Shown here in pieces: positions 44,543 to 52,968 of a DNA stretch of 64,000 nucleotides. Numbering within the stretch: the stretch's first letter is position 1; every line of letters starts with the position of its first letter. Source of the DNA: an uncultured Saprospiraceae bacterium (lineage in GTDB: Bacteria; Bacteroidota; Bacteroidia; Chitinophagales; Saprospiraceae); NCBI GenBank assembly GCA_964385675.1, contig CAYLSF010000001.1:53651-117650 (forward strand). Direction: 5' to 3'. The notes beneath the pieces are model-generated. The model was not told the DNA's origin. It made no database searches and saw nothing but the letters and a program-made list of their open reading frames with translations. A program made the translations under genes and the position numbers.

Positions 44543-45290
44543 TATAGACGCCCCATATTTGTTTCATGATAGATTCTCTTTGATCTACCGGCATACCGGT
44601 GAAGTGCCAAATTTTTCCAGTTTTTAGAAAATACGGTTCTTGCGAACCTTGTTGAAAATTAGCTTGATTCAACCCTAAAGAAAAAATTCCAAACTGATTA
44701 TACATATGAGGCATATATAGTAATTTTATTTGATGTTTTTGCAAGATAAAATTGATCGGAGTTTGGTCTATTCCAGTATTTGGCGTGTCCCATTGGTCTA
44801 GGTCTTTTTTATTGTTGAGATAAAATTCAAAAAGTAAGTTGCATAAAGAGCTACCCGACTTTCGGTCCATTAATAATATACCAGAATTGACATAATTTTT
44901 ATACTGTAAATTGATATCTGGGAAAAACTTTTGGTATGCTTTTACAGAGTTGTTGAGCCAAGCTAAATTGTTGTGATCTTCAACGCCATAAATACCTTGA
45001 TGTGTAAACGTTTCAAAAATGTTTTCACATCGCCAAGATGGCATTGTATCAGAGTCAACGAGCAAAATTCGATCGCAATTATTGCTGACATAATTCCAAA
45101 TCTGAGATTTCATCCATTTAGGATGATTGATTTTAGGATTATTGATATTGTCTATCAGAATAAAGTCTAAATTATATTTTTTGCAATATTGTTTCCAAGA
45201 TCTTTCAGCATATAGACCCCATGTTGAATGTTGATATTTTGATTTGTCGCTATCTATACAAATCATCACAACGGCATTATTCGATTCCAT
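44529..45290 (-). CDS. Glycosyltransferase family 8-like (paralog of 43811..44542)
   Basis: LVDSDTMP, VNSGILLMD and GIDQTPIN. Confidence 0.6.
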   Translation of the reverse strand: MESNNAVVMICIDSDKSKYQHSTWGLYAERSWKQYCKKYNLDFILIDNINNPKINHPKWMKSQIWNYVSNNCDRILLVDSDTMPSWRCENIFETFTHQGIYGVEDHNNLAWLNNSVKAYQKFFPDINLQYKNYVNSGILLMDRKSGSSLCNLLFEFYLNNKKDLDQWDTPNTGIDQTPINFILQKHQIKLLYMPHMYNQFGIFSLGLNQANFQQGSQEPYFLKTGKIWHFTGMPVDQRESIMKQIWGVYSERS

Positions 45291-46128
45291 CTTCTATAAA
45301 TTTTCTGTTGTCACTTATAATATTGTTAACTTGCCAATATAATTTATCTGGCACATTTTGAAATGCGCCTAACCAGAGATTGTTTTTGTGCATTTTCTCA
45401 TAAGATTCTTCATCTCTAATGTGTTGCCCGTATTTTCCTATATTTTGAACTACAGATACCGCTGGAAACAGGGTCTTTTTACCTTTTGAAAAGTATTTGT
45501 GGAATGGCCATACGAAAGACCCAGGGCCTTTATCGATTCTGTTAATCTCGTTTAGCCAATCTTCTCCCTTGCAAGCATAAGTACGACCTTTTGGAGTAAT
45601 ATAATCTACTCCAAACATACCTATTTTATTAATCTCTTTATATGTTTCTTTAGTCATACCAAAGCCGCCAGTTCCATCAAACCATTCTTTGGCAACTAAA
45701 CCTGTAGTATTGTTGTATGTTTCATAATGACCTGGGTGACATGGCCTATGAAATGTACATGCTGCAAATAGATTATTGTCGTTAAGTCTAGGTAATACTT
45801 GTTGAAAGTAATCAAGAGTATATTTAGATGGCAATGTATCATCTTCTAGATGAATAGCATAGTCATACCCCTTGCTAAAAGTATAGTCTAAGCAGAATTT
45901 AGTGTTAACAAAGCACCCGTGTGTATGGCTATGTCCTAATATATCATAAAATTTAAGCCCGCTGAGTTTTGCTGCTTCTAAATTTTGTTGTTGTATAATA
46001 GTTTCGGCGCCGTCGCACACCAATACTATATCATAGTTGTCTACATTATTACACTTTTTAAGGGCCTTTAATACCTTTAGCAAATAGATAGGCCTTTTAT
46101 ATGCTTTTATAGTGATCAAAGCTTTCAT
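45277..46128 (-). CDS. Putative GT-A-fold glycosyltransferase (EDD motif)
   Basis: ALITIKAYKRP..L..L.. N-terminal strand and IHLEDDTLPS. Confidence 0.45.
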   Translation of the reverse strand: MKALITIKAYKRPIYLLKVLKALKKCNNVDNYDIVLVCDGAETIIQQQNLEAAKLSGLKFYDILGHSHTHGCFVNTKFCLDYTFSKGYDYAIHLEDDTLPSKYTLDYFQQVLPRLNDNNLFAACTFHRPCHPGHYETYNNTTGLVAKEWFDGTGGFGMTKETYKEINKIGMFGVDYITPKGRTYACKGEDWLNEINRIDKGPGSFVWPFHKYFSKGKKTLFPAVSVVQNIGKYGQHIRDEESYEKMHKNNLWLGAFQNVPDKLYWQVNNIISDNRKFIEDGIE

Positions 46129-46781
46129 TTGGTAGCCTCTATTTCTTTTTCTAAGGCGTCTATAGCATCTTGCTGCCGAGAGTCAAAATATCCCTTGGCT
46201 CTAAAATTTCCGGTCCAGTTTTCTTTTAGATGTAGTATTTGATATTTATCGGGGTTTAATATCCCGGCTCTAAATCCATTTGGAACTTCATGACACCCAG
46301 GAGACGCATTCAAATATGGCGAAGTATTTACAAATCTAGTATCATCATTAAGAAAACACATATGATAGTTATCTGGATGTACAAAATGTCTATTAAATAG
46401 ATTGTATCTTAGAACACCGGCATATGAACCCTCTGGATTTACTACATCATATTCCCAGTCAAATGTTTTTAGATGGTCAGCCGTATGAGGCATTAAGAGT
46501 TCATCAGCATCAATAAACATTCTACATTTTGTCTCACACCTATCTAAAATTTGGTTTTTAGCCCCGGCAAAATCATTGTTAAGATTCAAATTAAAGCTAA
46601 AAAACTGAGATTTTTGTATTAAACTAAGTAACTTTGTATATAGATTGTGTGCTTTTGGGCCATCTTCATCTATTCCAACGCAGATTCTAGATGCTATACC
46701 ATCATGGTTTTCACACCAGCCTTTGATAAATTTTTCGTCCGAAGGACTTAGAAGCAAGCATATTGTAAGGTCTTTATTCAT
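46125..46781 (-). CDS. Putative GT2-like glycosyltransferase
   Basis: LTICLLLSP N-terminal strand and FIDADELL (DxD). Confidence 0.45.
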   Translation of the reverse strand: MNKDLTICLLLSPSDEKFIKGWCENHDGIASRICVGIDEDGPKAHNLYTKLLSLIQKSQFFSFNLNLNNDFAGAKNQILDRCETKCRMFIDADELLMPHTADHLKTFDWEYDVVNPEGSYAGVLRYNLFNRHFVHPDNYHMCFLNDDTRFVNTSPYLNASPGCHEVPNGFRAGILNPDKYQILHLKENWTGNFRAKGYFDSRQQDAIDALEKEIEATK

Positions 46782-47176
46782 AAAAACATTTTGGTTAGAA
46801 TTATATCTTTAATAGCTGCTTGAGCGCTTATAATTATACTTTGACGTTGAACATTAGAAACATAAAGCATGCTCGATACTCTACAGTATTTAAGATATTT
46901 TCTATTTTTATGTATTCGGAAATCTCTTATTAGAGTATACAGTGTAGAGTTTGTCTTAAAGCATTTTTCTATTAGTTTGTTATATAATAAAACAATATCT
47001 AAGTCGCATTTCAAAAAAATAGCTATTTGATGCTTTGAGAAAGCTAATGGAGGTACGCTTTCTATAGTTTCGTAAACTGTGTTTGATATTGTTTTAGTTT
47101 TTATAAGGCCGTGCGGTGGACATCCTACGTAATGATATCCACCATTAGACCAAAAAATCTTGCCAGATTGATTCAT
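46778..47176 (-). CDS. Hypothetical protein in glycosylation operon
   Basis: I prefer the ATG at 47176 (ATGA overlap with the upstream stop) to the track start at 47203. Confidence 0.45.
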   Translation of the reverse strand: MNQSGKIFWSNGGYHYVGCPPHGLIKTKTISNTVYETIESVPPLAFSKHQIAIFLKCDLDIVLLYNKLIEKCFKTNSTLYTLIRDFRIHKNRKYLKYCRVSSMLYVSNVQRQSIIISAQAAIKDIILTKMFL

Positions 47177-47706
47177 AGTTTTTGTTGATCCAAAAATTTC
47201 CATCTGTTCAATCTCGGCTCTATTCCCATATTAACATTAATAATGTATCTTTCAACTTCATCCCAAGAGCCAAAAAACATTTCGTGTTTTAGCATTCCCC
47301 ATAGAAAATTAGGAACGCCTTCTTTGCCTTGTTCACAGCAAATAATAACAGGCTTTCTTTGCATAGCTGCATGTGCTATTTCAATAATAGAACCGCACAT
47401 AAAAATATCGTGGTTGATATATGCAACTACAAAGCTAGATAAGTCCACAGCTCTTAGGTCTCTTTGTACAACTTCTTTACCTATTCTTGTAGCCTTATCC
47501 CAGTCTGCCGCTTCTTTTGCAATATTAATTTTAGAAACAGCTACACTATCGTCTTCATTAGAAAAAGCAGAATCTGTTGGATCTATTACAGATATGCCTT
47601 CATTTCTTAAGAAAGGGGCTAGATTTTTTCTCCAAGTCTTTCCATCATCTTTGGCCTGATCAATAGGCCCAGCTAAGTAACAAATATGATTTGATAAAAG
47701 TCCCAA
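47173..47706 (-). CDS. Nucleoside 2-deoxyribosyltransferase-like protein
   Basis: ICYLAGPID..W N-terminus and GSIIEIAHAAMQRKPVI resemble the NDT/Rcl-family pattern. Confidence 0.5.
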   Translation of the reverse strand: MGLLSNHICYLAGPIDQAKDDGKTWRKNLAPFLRNEGISVIDPTDSAFSNEDDSVAVSKINIAKEAADWDKATRIGKEVVQRDLRAVDLSSFVVAYINHDIFMCGSIIEIAHAAMQRKPVIICCEQGKEGVPNFLWGMLKHEMFFGSWDEVERYIINVNMGIEPRLNRWKFLDQQKL

Positions 47707-47718
47707 AATAATAAGTCC

Positions 47719-48231
47719 TTATGGGTTTGCAGATACTATTCCTATTTCAAATGTTGATCCGGCTCCACCATCATTAATTCTAACATATCTATTCGAGCTA
47801 TTTATAACCCAGCCGCTTAGAGGATTAGAAAATGCCATTATACCGCTTGGATAGATGGGTATAACGGTTGATTGAGCATATCCTGTTTGCCCTTGAGCTA
47901 TAGTATTGTCTAGCTCTATAAACTGATTAGCTCCTGTACTAGTATTTTCAACAGAGAGAAATTTAAGCCATCCTCCATCAAGAGATAAGCTGATATTATT
48001 ACCAAATAAGTTTCTTGACAGATTTTGAAAATCAATAGTATCTGATCCGCCCGGAGCTAAAAGTCCAGTACCGTAAAATACCTTGTTAGCTTGACTAAGG
48101 CCTGTGCCATCAGTTAGCTGGGTCGTTCTGCTCATTGTCACAGAATCTCTAGCTTGATTATCGCCAAGTCCGGTATCAGTTTGCGTCCAATTAAGCTCAA
48201 CCCGAAGGGAGCTGGTTGTTGTAATAGCCAT
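47719..48231 (-). CDS. Ser/Thr/Gly-rich putative virion structural protein
   Basis: 170 aa, Cys-free, with composition like 24054..25637. No SD sequence. A TGTATAATA motif ends 5 nt before the ATG. Confidence 0.5.
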   Translation of the reverse strand: MAITTTSSLRVELNWTQTDTGLGDNQARDSVTMSRTTQLTDGTGLSQANKVFYGTGLLAPGGSDTIDFQNLSRNLFGNNISLSLDGGWLKFLSVENTSTGANQFIELDNTIAQGQTGYAQSTVIPIYPSGIMAFSNPLSGWVINSSNRYVRINDGGAGSTFEIGIVSANP

Positions 48232-48236
48232 ACACT

Positions 48237-48244
48237 ATTATACA
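48237..48244 (-). promoter_or_regulatory. TGTATAAT -10-like element (possible leaderless transcript)
   Basis: Minus strand reads GGTGTATAATAGTGTATG. The predicted start falls on or next to the A of the ATG at 48231. Confidence 0.35.
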
Positions 48245-48261
48245 CCAGAACACCGCTTATT

Positions 48262-48465
48262 TTACAGTGTATTTTCTTCTTCTTTATAGTTATCAATAGC
48301 ATTTACTAATGCATCTTCAAAAGATTTCCCAATCATTTGCCTCGGAGTACGAAGTACAAAAGTGTTTTTATCGCTCGGATTTTTAGGACTTATAATCAAG
48401 GCGTATTTCTTTAGTACCTTGATAAGGTCTTCTGTCAAGTCGACATTAAAATCTTGGGTCTCCAT
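48262..48465 (-). CDS. Hypothetical protein
   Basis: 67-aa ORF overlapping the pnkp stop by 20 nt. Confidence 0.45.
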   Translation of the reverse strand: METQDFNVDLTEDLIKVLKKYALIISPKNPSDKNTFVLRTPRQMIGKSFEDALVNAIDNYKEEENTL

Positions 48466-50899
48466 TAGTCCCTCTTTGTTTGACCTGTAAAAATTTGCCT
48501 AGATTTTCGACAGATGGATCTTCTAAGATATCTTTAGCTAGTTTAAATTGAGCAATAGAATCTGACAATTTATATCTAATCTTTTTTCTTGACATTAGCT
48601 TGTCGAGTTTAGCCGGATTAGTATAATCAGGACCATATACTATTCTTAAATATTCTGGATTTCGTACTTTTATGTAGGGCGCTATATCTAAATTATAAAC
48701 CTTATCAGGCTTGACCACGCACCCTTCTATTTTATTAGATTTTAAAAAGGCCTGGAAATCTGATAATAGCTCTTCAGAAATATTATTTAAGTCTAATAAT
48801 ATTGACTTAGATTTATTAATTTTACTAAACATGTCGCTATTTGACTCATTCCAATAGGTCTTGGTAGACCCATCAGTATAAACATCTTTGAGTATAGCGA
48901 ACGGCTCTATTCTAGCCGGCTCATCCGATCCATAAATATCTACCTGTTTTTTGAAAAGTTCTAGATAGGCATTTTGTGATTCTACACTTATATAGTTCTT
49001 GTGTATATTTTTAATACCTTTGGACAAGCTATATTTGTGATGTCCATATTTTTCAATATATTCTGTTTTTGTTAGGTTGTCAAAATCTTTATTTGTAGAA
49101 ATAGATTCTTCAAGCTTATTGAGTACTTTATCTAGATTTCCTTCGGCTCTTAATCTTGAATGTTCTGAGGCTGCATGATAGTATCCGTAAAAAGACTTAT
49201 CTATTAGCCCTTCTCCGAGCAATCTCCATGGAAGGGCCTCGCAATCTAAAATCGTAAATAAGCCACCCTGACTAAAGAAGTCTTGTCTTTCTTCAATTAG
49301 TCTGGCATATTCTTCTTTTAATATTTCATTAAGCTCTTCTTTAAATCTATATCCATTTTTTGTTACTCCATAACACTTCTCGGGATCTGAATATAGATAA
49401 ATTTGCGCTCGCGAGCCCATAAACTTTGGCTGTAAGCACACTTGTTCTATTCCATTCTTCCTATAATAATTAAAGGCCCAATCTAGACTTTCTAGTTCTG
49501 TGTCGGTTTTATCAGCGGGACACATAGTAGGAGATAAATAGCAAATATTTTGCTTTGCCATTCTTGAGGCTAGCTTAAGATTATCTTCGTCTATTTGAAT
49601 ATCTCTAGTAAAAGATAAGGTCTGAAGCCTATCGTCACAATATGCGTTCTTTGAATTAACTTTCAGGAAGTGATGCCGGCCTTTATCAAAATATACTGCG
49701 GTTAGACAGTTACCATATACCGCGCCAGTGTCTATACCTATATTTGAACTGTTAACAAAAGCTCTTTGCAACGCTATATGACCCCAAATATGTTTCTTAT
49801 GAGATTTATTTTTTTCTCTATCAACAAACCACAACTTGTCTTCTAAAGTTTCTTTTTCTTCTAAACGATATCTATAATTTCTTTGATTTCTTAGAGCTTC
49901 TCCAGAGTTCTTTTTTAGAAACTTTGTTTGGCAAGGACTGTGAGTAATAATAGCTTCTTTTGTTTCAACCCAATGGTAAGACAGTTTTAATAGATCTAAA
50001 AATTTTTTTTGTAGCTCTGGGCTCTCAGCTAAAAATACAGCGTCATTAAAATATTTATTGAGAATGTCTTGAGGGACTTGAGTATCTTTTTTAGTCCAAA
50101 AAACTTCTGCAAAATGATCGTGATTACCTCGTACTAGTCTAATTAAGTCTAGATTTTCTTTAATAAGATTGATTGTTTTTTCAGCTGAGTCTTTTTCTTT
50201 GTTCTTATCAAAGATGTCTCCTATTAAAATAATATCTTGAAATTTCTTTGCTCTAAGCTGATTAAGCATTTCTTCTAATTCTCTATAGCAGCCATGTATA
50301 TCTCCAACTACTGCATATTTTGAATTATTGTCTAGCCTTAAACCATTCTTAGGTTCTTCTTCTCTTATTATCTCATGAGAGATTTCGGCATGAGACTTAA
50401 TATTATATACTTGTGCAAAATTTTTGTAAGAGTTTATACTCTTAAGGGTCGTTTCCTTAAATTTTCTAACATGATTCTTAATAATAAAATTATTTCTATC
50501 GCTATAGTAATCTTTTGTGTTCTTGTAATTAAAGGTAACAAAGCACAAATTGTAATGATGCTTTTTAGCTAATGTGGTTATTTTTTCATGGAAGGAAGGA
50601 CTGAGAGCAGTGCTGTCTACAACAACTATGTCTTGATTAGCTGGGTAACTGATAACTGATTCTAGTTCAGTCCAGAGCATATTAAAAGCTTGATCTGATA
50701 CTGCAAAAAGTTCTGAATCATGCTTGTCTAAATCCGATCCTATTATCATCCGCCTCAGATTATCGGAGGATATATAGTGAACTGTTTCAAATAGTCCCGA
50801 CGCAATCGGTAAGAAATTATTCTCGCACCAATAGCTTTTTCCACAATTACTTGGGCCAACTGTAACTACAATAGTATTCTTTTTAATTTTTAATGACAT
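48446..50899 (-). CDS. pnkp: Polynucleotide kinase-phosphatase-ligase (bacterial Pnkp-type RNA repair enzyme)
   Basis: Three modules in Pnkp order. The P-loop kinase has GPSNCGKS. The metallophosphatase has VVGDIHGC, GDIFDK and RGNHD. The adenylyltransferase/ligase has LQPKFMGSRAQIY, similar to the KxMGSR lysine motif. 817 aa. Confidence 0.8.
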   Translation of the reverse strand: MSLKIKKNTIVVTVGPSNCGKSYWCENNFLPIASGLFETVHYISSDNLRRMIIGSDLDKHDSELFAVSDQAFNMLWTELESVISYPANQDIVVVDSTALSPSFHEKITTLAKKHHYNLCFVTFNYKNTKDYYSDRNNFIIKNHVRKFKETTLKSINSYKNFAQVYNIKSHAEISHEIIREEEPKNGLRLDNNSKYAVVGDIHGCYRELEEMLNQLRAKKFQDIILIGDIFDKNKEKDSAEKTINLIKENLDLIRLVRGNHDHFAEVFWTKKDTQVPQDILNKYFNDAVFLAESPELQKKFLDLLKLSYHWVETKEAIITHSPCQTKFLKKNSGEALRNQRNYRYRLEEKETLEDKLWFVDREKNKSHKKHIWGHIALQRAFVNSSNIGIDTGAVYGNCLTAVYFDKGRHHFLKVNSKNAYCDDRLQTLSFTRDIQIDEDNLKLASRMAKQNICYLSPTMCPADKTDTELESLDWAFNYYRKNGIEQVCLQPKFMGSRAQIYLYSDPEKCYGVTKNGYRFKEELNEILKEEYARLIEERQDFFSQGGLFTILDCEALPWRLLGEGLIDKSFYGYYHAASEHSRLRAEGNLDKVLNKLEESISTNKDFDNLTKTEYIEKYGHHKYSLSKGIKNIHKNYISVESQNAYLELFKKQVDIYGSDEPARIEPFAILKDVYTDGSTKTYWNESNSDMFSKINKSKSILLDLNNISEELLSDFQAFLKSNKIEGCVVKPDKVYNLDIAPYIKVRNPEYLRIVYGPDYTNPAKLDKLMSRKKIRYKLSDSIAQFKLAKDILEDPSVENLGKFLQVKQRGTNGDPRF

Positions 50900-50944
50900 C
50901 TATAAACTCGTTTGTTTGTATTTTTTTTAGATTTTCTGATATAT

Positions 50945-51211
50945 TTATTGTTGCAAAAATTGTAGTTTTTCTATAATAGAATTTTTCAACCCCAACTCAT
51001 TAAATAGCGGTATATATCTAGTAATGATGCTTTCTGTATTAAAACCTGCCTGTTCTCTACCGGATAGAATACCGCAAATTTCATAGCGTACAGCTTTAAG
51101 AGTGTTATAGATTAATATTGCATATGCCACATGTTTAGTCTCTAAAAAATATTTAGATATTGTTAATACAAACGCCCCATGTTGTAGGTATGTTATTAAC
51201 TGTATCGCCAA
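50945..51211 (-). CDS. Hypothetical protein (doubtful start)
   Basis: 88-aa ORF between hen1 and pnkp with a 59-nt overlap onto the hen1 3' end. Confidence 0.3.
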   Translation of the reverse strand: MAIQLITYLQHGAFVLTISKYFLETKHVAYAILIYNTLKAVRYEICGILSGREQAGFNTESIITRYIPLFNELGLKNSIIEKLQFLQQ

Positions 51212-52379
51212 TACCTGTTATTGATATTTCTTTATTTTGGCCAAAAATATTTATTATCTGATTAGATAGTTGCTTTAGCGTAAATTCAAACTTATGATCT
51301 TCGTGTCTTAGCTCTATTCCATAGAATGGATTAAATTCTTTGTTTGGCGTAGTAATCAATATTTGGGAGGGTTTTAAACTAAGTAGCCCCTTAAAAATCT
51401 CGGCATGCTTGTCGAGTTCTATATGTTCAATTACTTCAGACATAATGATCGTACAGCCATTTACTGTCTGTTTATCTATTTCGTCAATTGAACTTACTAC
51501 ACTTGCGTTATCTATGCCGTTGTTTTCGATTTTTTTAGAACATTTAATTTGGCAGTCTGGATCTATATCAACACAAATATAATTTTTATGATTCTTTGCT
51601 AGGCGTGTAAGGTATCTGCCCTCGCCAGAGCCAAAATCTATGATAGTGCTATCTTCTGGAATTAAGGAGTTAATGTAGTCGAATCTTGATTCCCAATTAT
51701 TTTTGGGCGACATGTTTAGTTCATATTTCTCACTATTATTGATAAGCTCTTGATATTCGTAGAACTTTTTTTCGCTGTTTCTTAATAGGTTTTGTTTGAA
51801 TAGATACCTGATGAAATATGGCGCGTCAATATCAGATATTAATTGGAAGTATTTTTTGTTTATATTGTCGTCTTTGTATATAGCATCTTGATCTAACGCC
51901 ATATAGAAAGCTACTACCTGAACAAACTTTAAGAAATATTCCAGAGTATGTTTATACGAGCGAATTTTAATACATCTGTAATTAGTCCAATTTTCTGAAG
52001 GGTAATCTTGAATAATAAATTCATGGAAATATTTTTTAATACTTTGGAATGTAGAGTCTCGAACATTAACGTTACTAATTTCCAGTGAGATATCACTAAT
52101 ATCATCATATTTTGTATTTAGACCATCCAACATACCGTCTATCATTTTGTTTATAATAAATGGGTTGTTAAATTTGTTAACGTCTAAATACTCAAAATCT
52201 GAGCCTCCAAATGAACTTTCATCATGACCTTCCATAAATGAAATGTAATATGTTTGTGGGTCTGTAAACCAACCAATCAAATTACCTTTCCTACAGTCTA
52301 TAATACGTGGTCCGCTATCGGGGTTCTTGTTTATAATATAGGAAAAATCTAAATTGTCATTTTTGAGTTTGATGATCAT
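51153..52379 (-). CDS. hen1: Hen1-type RNA 3'-terminal 2'-O-methyltransferase
   Basis: SAM motif IIDFGSGEGRY, then MSEVIEHIE and LRHEDHKFEFT (Hen1 metal/RNA-binding motifs). The N-terminal domain of about 230 aa sits where the Pnkp-ligase-activating domain is expected. Confidence 0.8.
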   Translation of the reverse strand: MIIKLKNDNLDFSYIINKNPDSGPRIIDCRKGNLIGWFTDPQTYYISFMEGHDESSFGGSDFEYLDVNKFNNPFIINKMIDGMLDGLNTKYDDISDISLEISNVNVRDSTFQSIKKYFHEFIIQDYPSENWTNYRCIKIRSYKHTLEYFLKFVQVVAFYMALDQDAIYKDDNINKKYFQLISDIDAPYFIRYLFKQNLLRNSEKKFYEYQELINNSEKYELNMSPKNNWESRFDYINSLIPEDSTIIDFGSGEGRYLTRLAKNHKNYICVDIDPDCQIKCSKKIENNGIDNASVVSSIDEIDKQTVNGCTIIMSEVIEHIELDKHAEIFKGLLSLKPSQILITTPNKEFNPFYGIELRHEDHKFEFTLKQLSNQIINIFGQNKEISITGIGDTVNNIPTTWGVCINNI

Positions 52380-52968
52380 GTTTATTCCAGCTTATTTTAT
52401 GTTTGATGTCGTGCTTTAATTTTGACAGGTCTTCTTTTGGAAATTGATATCCCTGCATCATATATTTTAGTATTCTTTTTTTTGTTTTGTCAGTAGCATA
52501 TTTCCAGTTAACCTTGGTCTGTAGACCTACTATTTCTGATATTATACGTGAGTCTGCCTCTATATGCATTTTTTTTACTGGTAGTATTGCTTTACAGCAT
52601 TCAATATCAAATAAGTTTACACTTACCACACCTTGAAATATTTGTAGTTTTTTCCTGATATTTTTATATTTCAACTTAACATCTATATTAATCTCATAAT
52701 ATGGGCGGTGGTACTTTACTGATTTTTCATTAAGGACCGCAATAGAGTTGAAGATCTTTGCTATTTGATTTACTATTTTAGTATATGCCATATCATTATG
52801 ACATATAAAAATATCTATATCGCCTGCGCCCTCTTGTCTATGTATTGCTCTTTGTATCGAGCCTCCAGTTATAAATATACTATCAAGGTATGTTGGTATT
52901 ATATTGTGGAGTATTTTATCAGAAACATATTTAAGAATCGTATTATTTGGGATTAAATAAGTACACAT
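52357..52968 (-). CDS. Pol-beta-superfamily nucleotidyltransferase
   Basis: FITGGSIQRAIHRQEGAGDIDIFI fits the hG[GS]x9-13Dh[DE]h motif. Confidence 0.45.
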   Translation of the reverse strand: MCTYLIPNNTILKYVSDKILHNIIPTYLDSIFITGGSIQRAIHRQEGAGDIDIFICHNDMAYTKIVNQIAKIFNSIAVLNEKSVKYHRPYYEINIDVKLKYKNIRKKLQIFQGVVSVNLFDIECCKAILPVKKMHIEADSRIISEIVGLQTKVNWKYATDKTKKRILKYMMQGYQFPKEDLSKLKHDIKHKISWNKHDHQTQK

